Positions 8,191-15,158 of a DNA stretch of 20,000 nt are shown here, in pieces. Every line of letters begins with the position of its first letter. Position 1 is the stretch's first letter. This DNA comes from an uncultured virus (IMG/VR IMGVR_UViG_3300033074_001537) (Duplodnaviria; Heunggongvirae; Uroviricota; Caudoviricetes): the IMG/VR virus record IMGVR_UViG_3300033074_001537; one strand, 5' to 3'. The notes under the pieces were generated by a model, which saw only the letters and a program-made list of their open reading frames with translations, ran no database searches and was not told the DNA's origin. A program made the position numbers and the translations under genes.

Positions 8191-8927
8191 CACTTCACCT
8201 CCGTGTCGGTCGCACGCGGGTCAGGCGGGATAGGCGGCGTGGGGGGGCTCGGGGTCGCGGGCGGAACCGCCGTGCCCGTCGAGCCGGGGCCGACCGTCAC
8301 GCCGGGGTGCGTGTGGCTGTTGTACGCCGCGAGCAGCGTCGAAGCCTGCGCACCGAGGGTGGTGAAGCGGTTTTCGACGGTCTGCATCCAGTCGTACAGG
8401 GTGTTGCCGAGCACGGCAGGTTGCAGCGCCGTATCACCGAGCTTCACCTTACCGCCGCCCGTAGCTTGCAGGCGGATATCCCCGTCACCCTCCGTCGTGA
8501 GCGTGATGCCCCCACCACCCGTCGCGCGCACGCGAAGGTTCTTGCCCGGCTCGACATAGAGCAGCACGTCTTCGGTCGCCGCGTTGCCCTGGCCACCGTC
8601 GGCCATCGGCTTGTCGGCGCCGGTCCAGATGCGAGAGATGATGACCGGGCCGCTGTCTTGGTCGCCGTACGGCACGGCGACCACCACGATGTCGTCAGGC
8701 TTCGGTGGCATGAAGAACCCGAAGCCGTCTCCAGCGTACGCGGCGCCAATGAGGCAGGTTTGCTCCTCGCCCGTGGGCTCGAACTCCACGTCTGCGAAGA
8801 AGCCGTGCTCGGGGTCAAACCCTGTCTCGACGACGCGCGCCAGGGTGATCCACGTCCGCGGGTCCACACCGGGGCGCGAGACGAGCCGGGAGAGCTTTCC
8901 TGCGTCTACGCTTCGTCGGCGGGGCAT
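8190..8927 (-). CDS. Baseplate central spike (P2 gpV / Mu gp45-like), 245 aa
   Basis: OB-fold-like N-terminus (YAGDGFGFFMPPKPDDIVVVAVPYGDQDSGPVII), short beta repeats and an HxH iron-binding tip motif (YNSHTHPGV). It follows the hub gene with a TAATG overlap. Confidence 0.9.
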   Translation of the reverse strand: MPRRRSVDAGKLSRLVSRPGVDPRTWITLARVVETGFDPEHGFFADVEFEPTGEEQTCLIGAAYAGDGFGFFMPPKPDDIVVVAVPYGDQDSGPVIISRIWTGADKPMADGGQGNAATEDVLLYVEPGKNLRVRATGGGGITLTTEGDGDIRLQATGGGKVKLGDTALQPAVLGNTLYDWMQTVENRFTTLGAQASTLLAAYNSHTHPGVTVGPGSTGTAVPPATPSPPTPPIPPDPRATDTEVK

Positions 8928-10780
8928 TACGATCTCCGAGTAGAGCGCGCGGGCACGGTGGTGCGCGTCGGCGGCGTGAGCGCACGCTGCACCTCTTCGC
9001 CACCGAGGTCGTTTCGGATGACGAAGTAGTTTTGAAACTCGAAGCTCGACGTGAGCCCGCCTTCGCCGGTTCCGTCCCAGCTCAGGCTCACACTGCTGAC
9101 GCGGAAGAAGTTTTGAATGCGGTTCACCGACCCGCGGGAAGTTGCGAGGATGGCGCGGGCGAGCTGTTCGTTGCCCAGCCGCTCGGTGATCTCTCGGAGC
9201 TGGTCCGCGAAGGGCGCTCGAAAGTGATCGACGGAGGTAGACGTGACGGACTCACGGCCGCCCCTCACCACAGAGCCGTCGAAGTAAAACTCGATGGCGT
9301 CACCGGGGCGGACGCGCAGCATGTCGGGGTCGTCGTTGCCACCCGCGTAGCTGGCGAGGTCTTTCGTCTCGCACGAGCCGGTCATCTCGTTGCGGCTGAT
9401 CTCCTCGAACAGCATCCGAGCAATCGACTGGAGCCGGGCTTGGCTGCGCACGCCGTACACGGGCACGTTGACCATGTCCGTTTGCGACTGCTGGCCCGAG
9501 GGCGCCACACGGTTTCTCGCCGCGTTCTGCACAGCTTGGGAGGCCGCCTCCACGGCGGCGTTGGGCGCGCGGCGTAGTCTCGCGGCGAGAGCGGCGGCGT
9601 TGGGCTCCGTGCGTTGGCGCGGCGGGGTCAGGGGCCACCGTGCTTCGAGCCGGCGCGCGTTGCGAGCCGTGCGGTCGTAGTCCACGGAGATGACGCGGAC
9701 GACCTTCGGCTTCTGGTTGCCGCCGAACTTGCGGTTGAACTTCACCGACGTGGCGTTTCGCCCGTAGATGATCCGCCGCACGCTCCACGGCTCCATCGAA
9801 CCGTCGCCACGGGGCCGGTCAGGGCGAAACGGTGTGCGGATCGTCGCGTCGAAGCCAGCGTTGACCTGCTGGAAGTAGCTGAGCGCGCGGCGAATGTAGA
9901 GCGTGCGGTTGTTGAAGTAGGGGATCGCGCCGACCAAGTAGCAGAGCCGCACGATCACGTCCCAATACGTCATCTCCGTGCCGCCCTGCTGGCTCGCGAC
10001 AGGAGCGGCGCGCTGACCGCGAGCGCCGCGGCGGTGCCGCGGGATGATGTCGTCGGGGAGTGCGTTCGGGATGCCGTCGGGCCACTCGCGCTCGTTGACC
10101 ACGACCTGAAAGTGGTCGGAGCCGGGGTGCATGGCCAGCACGTCGCGCACCACGCGGTCGATGCGCTGGTTGACGTTCAGGTTGGCGAGCGCGCGCGAAG
10201 TGAGCGGCGAGTCGAGCAGCAGCCCGCGCAAGTCGCGGCCCGAAATGTTGATCTCGGCGCCCTCCGACGTGTACTCGACGTTCCACTCGTCCGCGATCCC
10301 GGCGAACACCAGCGTAGAGTTGTTGGGGTTGTTCTTGTCGTCGCGAGTACGGAGCTGCGAAGCACGCGCGCGGGTGCCCCCAACCTGCCGAACACCGTCT
10401 GCGAAGTCGGCGGCCGACACCGTGCCCATGTGAATCTCGACGCCGAGCGCACGCACCGTGCGCGGGTCGATCGGCAGCTCGCGAAAGTCGAACGTCAGAT
10501 CGAACGTCGCCGCCTGACGAACGCTCGGCATCTCCACGGAGCACGACTTCGGTACGCGCCCCATGATGAAGGTCGGGATACCGCCCACCTTCTCCTGGCG
10601 AGCCACACGGTTCGGCGTGAGGATGTCGGGGCTCGACCGCGCCGCGGCGTCGCCCGCCGACGGAGCGTCGGAGGTGTCGTCTGTCGAGAGCGGCGCCGAC
10701 GGAGACACAGACGCGAGCAGCGCTTCGTCGAAGACGATGCTCAGGTTCACGACACAACTGGGGTAGTACGTCCCGCTCAT
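8927..10780 (-). CDS. Baseplate hub protein (T4 gp27 / P2 gpD / Mu gp44-like), 617 aa
   Basis: Motifs LVFAGIADEWNVEYTSEGAEINISGRDLRGLLLDS, TYWDVIVRLC, DPDMLRVRPGDAI and FRVSSVSLSWD. It lies between the LysM protein and the spike. Confidence 0.82.
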   Translation of the reverse strand: MSGTYYPSCVVNLSIVFDEALLASVSPSAPLSTDDTSDAPSAGDAAARSSPDILTPNRVARQEKVGGIPTFIMGRVPKSCSVEMPSVRQAATFDLTFDFRELPIDPRTVRALGVEIHMGTVSAADFADGVRQVGGTRARASQLRTRDDKNNPNNSTLVFAGIADEWNVEYTSEGAEINISGRDLRGLLLDSPLTSRALANLNVNQRIDRVVRDVLAMHPGSDHFQVVVNEREWPDGIPNALPDDIIPRHRRGARGQRAAPVASQQGGTEMTYWDVIVRLCYLVGAIPYFNNRTLYIRRALSYFQQVNAGFDATIRTPFRPDRPRGDGSMEPWSVRRIIYGRNATSVKFNRKFGGNQKPKVVRVISVDYDRTARNARRLEARWPLTPPRQRTEPNAAALAARLRRAPNAAVEAASQAVQNAARNRVAPSGQQSQTDMVNVPVYGVRSQARLQSIARMLFEEISRNEMTGSCETKDLASYAGGNDDPDMLRVRPGDAIEFYFDGSVVRGGRESVTSTSVDHFRAPFADQLREITERLGNEQLARAILATSRGSVNRIQNFFRVSSVSLSWDGTGEGGLTSSFEFQNYFVIRNDLGGEEVQRALTPPTRTTVPARSTRRS

Positions 10781-11922
10781 CCGACGACCCCACTCGTGAG
10801 CACGGGCACGAGCACGAGCTCCCCAACGGAGAGCTCGGGCTCACGGAAGCCGTTGTAAACCATGAGCACGCGCCACTGATCAGGCGTGTTGTAAAACTGC
10901 CGCGACACATCGCGGAGCGTCTCGCCCGCGCGGGCGAAGTGAACTGCCTGCACCTCGGCTTCGAGCACCCGGAGCTGGAGCTGCTTCTCCAACGCGGCTT
11001 CGCTGCGAAGGTCTTTCGCCGTCACCAGCACCTCGGTGATGTACGCGAGGTTCTCGAAGTATTTGATGTACGCCTCGCCGTCCTCGACGAACGGGTTGAT
11101 GAACACGTCTTCGGGCGCCGCGAACTGCGAGTAGGTATCGACGATCTCAGTGCAGCCGTTGATGACGCCGTTGAGCAACCCCAGGGCGTTACGCGCTGTT
11201 TCGACGGGGCTCAGCACGTTGTCGGCGAAGCTCACCGCGGTGGACGTGTACTCGTCCATCGCAGACCGCGCGCGCGAGAGCGCGCGGTTGATCTCGTTCA
11301 GCATTCCCGAGATAGAGTTCGTGTCAGGCGCGTCGTTGATCGTGTCTTCGAGGTCTGCCAGCGAGCTGCGCATCGCTTGCAAACTACCGACGGGGGTGGG
11401 GCCGTTGGCGACGACGGGCGGCGTGACGCGCTGACCCTGGCTCGTCCACTTGAAGGCCAGCGACCACTCGCAGTCGTTCAAGTTGTCCCAGGTGTGGGAA
11501 AACGACGTGATGTGACCACGGCGCGTGATGTGCCCCCAGCTCACTTCGAGGAGCTGGCCGGCCATGCGCATGTCATCGACGAGGTTCACCAGTGCGGCGA
11601 CGGTATCGACGCGCGTGCCGCTCACGGTCGCAGGGCCGCCGCGCGTCGTGGTCGGCGTAGTGACGGTGGCAGCGGAACGGATGTACTTGTCCTTCCACTT
11701 GCCTTGGATCGTGGTGTCGCCCTCTTCGGAGCCGGTGACCGTGCTCGTCGCGACCGGGTTGCCGGCGTAGTACGAAACCTCGACACGCTGCGTACCGCTG
11801 AATTGGAGTGGGCGGTACGGCAGTGCGCGGCCCGTCAGCCGAAGCTCGCGGCGCGGGCCGGTGAGCTCTTTGATGACGAACGGCGGGACGATGTCATTGG
11901 CTTCTGCGCTGATGGTCGCCAC
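10777..11922 (-). CDS. Tail tube initiator with C-terminal LysM-like (gpX-like) domain, 381 aa
   Basis: Tube-like N-terminal domain (TTIQGKW; GHITSFSHTWDNLNDCEWSLAF) and C-terminal HFARAGETLRDVSRQFYNTPDQWRVLMVYNG...LSVGELVLVP. It directly follows the tape measure gene. GTG start. Confidence 0.82.
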   Translation of the reverse strand: MATISAEANDIVPPFVIKELTGPRRELRLTGRALPYRPLQFSGTQRVEVSYYAGNPVATSTVTGSEEGDTTIQGKWKDKYIRSAATVTTPTTTRGGPATVSGTRVDTVAALVNLVDDMRMAGQLLEVSWGHITRRGHITSFSHTWDNLNDCEWSLAFKWTSQGQRVTPPVVANGPTPVGSLQAMRSSLADLEDTINDAPDTNSISGMLNEINRALSRARSAMDEYTSTAVSFADNVLSPVETARNALGLLNGVINGCTEIVDTYSQFAAPEDVFINPFVEDGEAYIKYFENLAYITEVLVTAKDLRSEAALEKQLQLRVLEAEVQAVHFARAGETLRDVSRQFYNTPDQWRVLMVYNGFREPELSVGELVLVPVLTSGVVG

Positions 11923-11925
11923 GGC

Positions 11926-13974
11926 TCACCGAATGGAGAAGATGGGCTCGAAGCCACCTTGCAGCCGGTTGTCGGCGGCGGCTTCGAGGTCCGTGATGAA
12001 GCCTGCTGCGATGCGGTCAGGGTCGAAGCCCTCCGCGAACTTCTGAGTGATGTCGAAGTGGCTGTTGCGGAAGTCGTTGTGCGTGCGGTTGCCGCCACGC
12101 GCACCGGGGGTGCGTGTGCGCCCCGTGGCAACGGCCGTCTCTGCGTTGACCGCAGCCGTGTTCTCTTCGGTCGCCGCAGCAAGTCGCGCGAGCCCGCGGC
12201 TGATCGGATCGTCGGCCGTAGCCGTCGAGTGCTGCGTCATGTTCGCGATTTCGGCACCGCCCTCGCGGAGTACGGTCGCGATGAAGTTGATGACTCGCGC
12301 GATGGCACTCGCCAGTTGCGTCACCACGGGAACCACATACTCGCGAATGTGCCCCCACACCCACGCAAGCCCAATGGCGAGGGCGCGCAAGATGGGAATG
12401 AGCGCTTCTCCGATGGCGCGAAACAGATTCCCGATGGCCCCCGACACGAGCAACACGGCTGGGCGCAGCCGGTCGATCAGCTCCGTCACGACAGGGCTGA
12501 TGTACATGAAGAACTGGCGCAAGCCTTCGGCGGCTCCCGCGAGCATGGACGCGAACGCCGGGATGACCGTGACCAGCACGTCACCGACAACCTCGCTGAG
12601 CTGGCCGAAGATATTGCTGATGTAGTAGACCATCGGCATGAGCGAGGTCATCGCGTTCATCAAGTGAATCGTGGTCGTGCCGAGCGCCTCTTCGTCTTCG
12701 AGAAAACTAGAAAAGCCACCCGCGAGTAGCCCGACCATCGGCCCACCAAGCAACGCGCCGGCACCAAGCGCGCCGCCGCCTGCGGCGACACGGCTGGCGT
12801 TATTGCCCTGCGTCATCTCGTTCCACAGACCGCCGGCTCGCTGCCCCATACGTTCGAGCCGGCCTTCAATGAGCCAGCTGAACCTGCTTTCCACCGACGT
12901 GAACATCCATGTCACACGCTCGGTGAACCGCCCCGTAATGCCGACGAGCGCGCGCGAGATGCCCGCACCCACTGTCTTGATGCGGTCTTCGTAGCGACTC
13001 AGCAGACTGTTCATCGCGCGAAGCGAATCTTTCACGCCGTCGAACAACGGCGCTGTGATCGCGCGCTGAATCCCCGTCATGTGGGCTTGAAACTCGCCCT
13101 GCATCGCGGAGTAGGTGTTTCCGGCGCGCTCCACCATCGGTTGCAGGGAGGCGAAAGCTCCCTGCAACACCCGGAGACGCTCGGGCTGCTGCATACGGTT
13201 GAACGTCTCAGCCGTGACGGCAGCCTGCCCGATGGACCGGCGGTAGTTGTTGATGAACGGGAGCATTCGCTGAAAGGTCGCCACGTCGGCGCCCGCTCCA
13301 GCCTGCCCCTCGCGGATCATCAGCGACATGTCGCGGCCGATCTGCTCGGCGTCGATCCCAAGGGACCGCCCGATGGCCGCGAAGTTGTTGCTGAACGAGA
13401 GCATCTGATCGAGGTTGTTGTTGAACCCCGCCGCGAGCCCTGAGATGCCCGCTTGAAAGACCGTGATGTACTCGCTCGTCTCGCCGGGCAGCCGAGCCGC
13501 CGCCGCATTGATTCGTTCGAGAGCCGTCTCTGCGATGCCTACGCCGCCCGCGATGTCTCCAGCAAACCCGAGAGCGGTAAAGGTACCCGCCATCGTGTTG
13601 ACCATGTCCTCTTGCCCCTGGTGGAGCCCGACGACTGTGTTCGACAGGAAGGCGTATGCACGCTGAGCAGTCCCGACAGCGGCGCCAAGCATGTTGAAGT
13701 TGCCGACAAGGCGCATGATTCCGCTGCCGCCGCCGCCGCCACTTCCCGCTCCGTTGCCTGCGGTATTTCCAGAAACGATCGCAGACGTGGCGGCCATGAT
13801 GCCGCCGGCAGACTGGGTCGTGCTCTTTTCCGTAGAGGCAAAGAGCTTCTTGACCCGCTCCATGATCGTGACGATTTCACTCGTCGTTTTCACGGCGCGG
13901 TTCACCGCACCAATGGCGACAGCTACGTTGTAGATGTTCTGTGCGCCCTTAGACGGTGCTTCGTCGTCTGCCAT
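11926..13974 (-). CDS. Tail tape measure protein, 682 aa
   Basis: Long Ala/Gly-rich, helix-like protein with amphipathic repeats and a Gly-rich hydrophobic stretch. It lies right after the frameshifting chaperone. Confidence 0.88.
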   Translation of the reverse strand: MADDEAPSKGAQNIYNVAVAIGAVNRAVKTTSEIVTIMERVKKLFASTEKSTTQSAGGIMAATSAIVSGNTAGNGAGSGGGGGSGIMRLVGNFNMLGAAVGTAQRAYAFLSNTVVGLHQGQEDMVNTMAGTFTALGFAGDIAGGVGIAETALERINAAAARLPGETSEYITVFQAGISGLAAGFNNNLDQMLSFSNNFAAIGRSLGIDAEQIGRDMSLMIREGQAGAGADVATFQRMLPFINNYRRSIGQAAVTAETFNRMQQPERLRVLQGAFASLQPMVERAGNTYSAMQGEFQAHMTGIQRAITAPLFDGVKDSLRAMNSLLSRYEDRIKTVGAGISRALVGITGRFTERVTWMFTSVESRFSWLIEGRLERMGQRAGGLWNEMTQGNNASRVAAGGGALGAGALLGGPMVGLLAGGFSSFLEDEEALGTTTIHLMNAMTSLMPMVYYISNIFGQLSEVVGDVLVTVIPAFASMLAGAAEGLRQFFMYISPVVTELIDRLRPAVLLVSGAIGNLFRAIGEALIPILRALAIGLAWVWGHIREYVVPVVTQLASAIARVINFIATVLREGGAEIANMTQHSTATADDPISRGLARLAAATEENTAAVNAETAVATGRTRTPGARGGNRTHNDFRNSHFDITQKFAEGFDPDRIAAGFITDLEAAADNRLQGGFEPIFSIR

Positions 13975-14216
13975 TAGTCGTCCTTCTCAGCGAGCTCGGA
14001 CTCTTCTTTAAGCAAGTCCTCGATGGAGGTCGAGAATGCTCGAATAGCCGTGAGGGGCAGCCCGAGGAGGGTTCCCAAGTCGGCGCGGCCGTAGCGTGCG
14101 CAGAACGCGAGCAGCTTCCAGAGCTTTCTCGCGTACCCGCCGTCGCCGTACGCCCTGTAAAAAGCCAGGGCGTATCGCGCCGGGGTTACGCTACCGTAAC
14201 CCGCCGACTCTTGAGA
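13974..14216 (-). CDS. -1 frameshift extension of the tail assembly chaperone (gpT-like part, 80 aa; fusion 193 aa)
   Basis: The -1 frame is open from G GAT TTT (14222-14216): SQESAGYGSVTPARYALAFYRAYGDGGYARKLWKLLAFCARYGRADLGTLLGLPLTAIRAFSTSIEDLLKEESELAEKDD*. It has no ATG of its own, and its TAA overlaps the tape measure ATG (TAATG). Confidence 0.8.
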   Translation of the reverse strand, partial: SQESAGYGSVTPARYALAFYRAYGDGGYARKLWKLLAFCARYGRADLGTLLGLPLTAIRAFSTSIEDLLKEESELAEKDD

Positions 14217-14222
14217 AAATCC
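14183..14222 (-). promoter_or_regulatory. Programmed -1 ribosomal frameshift signal (slippery GGATTTT plus downstream hairpin)
   Basis: In-frame G_GAT_TTT at 14222-14216 followed by the perfect 8-bp stem GGGTTACG-GTAG-CGTAACCC (14202-14183), which also contains the zero-frame TAA. Confidence 0.75.
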
Positions 14223-14554
14223 TCGGCCACCTCACGATCCGCGTTGTTGATCTCGCTGTAGGCGGCCATCACGAGGTTGCGCAGCTTCGGGCCCATCTCC
14301 GACCACGCCTGCTCTTGCGTGCCGTTGGCAGGCGAAACCGGCTTGTCGTTGATCGCGCGCAAGCTCGCCATCGCGAGCTGGAAGGCGAGCACCGTGGCGT
14401 CGCCGCGCGCAGCCTGCGCGCAGCGGAGCTCGTCCATCGCGGAGAGCTCGCCCACCGTGATGCTCGTGACTTCCATGTTGAGCACCTTCCTACGCAGCTT
14501 GTCGGGCACGGCGTAGGTGAAGGTGGCGGTCGGGGTCGGCGTGATGTTGCTCAT
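14186..14554 (-). CDS. Tail assembly chaperone (gpG-like), 122 aa
   Basis: Size and position between tube and tape measure. It has ITVGELSAMDELRCAQ and ends in ...EDFL at the slippery site. Confidence 0.85.
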   Translation of the reverse strand: MSNITPTPTATFTYAVPDKLRRKVLNMEVTSITVGELSAMDELRCAQAARGDATVLAFQLAMASLRAINDKPVSPANGTQEQAWSEMGPKLRNLVMAAYSEINNADREVAEDFLKSRRVTVA

Positions 14555-14597
14555 GGAAAAACCTGTGCCTGTTGGTTGTTAGAACTCGGCTGTGCTC

Positions 14598-15035
14598 TCA
14601 GCCGATGATGGCGCGCGCGTCGCTCGCCTCGAAGTCGAGCGACGTGGTGCCGTAGTCCGAACGCGAGCCGAAGTTCACGGGCAGCTCACCGAACTCCACG
14701 TCGGGAACGATGATCCGCACGCGGCGGCCATCGGGGAAGTTCAGCGTCATCTTGACGTTGACGGTCACCCCCGGCAGGCGGCGCTTCGACTTGTCGTTCA
14801 TCTGGATGAAGAAGTTGAAGGCGTTGGGGTCGTCGAGGTGCACCTCCATCGACCCGCTCACGCCCTTGAAGATCGAGTCCTTCCGCTCGGTCTTCTCCCC
14901 GATGTAGCCCTCGGAGAGAATCTCGCGGTTGTACTTGAACTCGCAGCTCCGTACGGCGCTCATCGAAGACACGATCTGGTTGTCTGCGACGATCTCGACG
15001 GACACTTCCTGACCCTTGATACGATTGCTGGCCAT
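14598..15035 (-). CDS. Tail tube protein, 145 aa
   Basis: Beta-rich ~145-aa protein (MASNRIKGQEVSV...GVSGSMEVH...TSLDFEASD) directly after the sheath. ATG 15035 preferred because GAGGGT lies just upstream. Confidence 0.85.
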   Translation of the reverse strand: MASNRIKGQEVSVEIVADNQIVSSMSAVRSCEFKYNREILSEGYIGEKTERKDSIFKGVSGSMEVHLDDPNAFNFFIQMNDKSKRRLPGVTVNVKMTLNFPDGRRVRIIVPDVEFGELPVNFGSRSDYGTTSLDFEASDARAIIG

Positions 15036-15054
15036 CGTCACCCTCGCGGCGTTG

Positions 15055-15158
15055 AAACGAACAAGGCCCGGAGGCTTTCACCATCCGAGCCCTATCCCCC
15101 GCGAAACGCGGGGTGCGGCACGCACGCTTGTGGTACCCGACGGCTGCTAGCCCGTCAA
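15055..15158 (-). promoter_or_regulatory. Hairpin cluster between sheath and tube genes (mRNA stabiliser, processing site or weak terminator)
   Basis: AGGGCTCGGA-TGGT-GAAA-GCC-TCCGGGCCTT (15093-15063; GNRA loop; G-U pairs only on the minus strand) followed by GTTCGTTTC. Also CCCCGCG-TTT-CGCGGGG (15113-15097) and two weaker hairpins just after the sheath stop. Confidence 0.55.
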
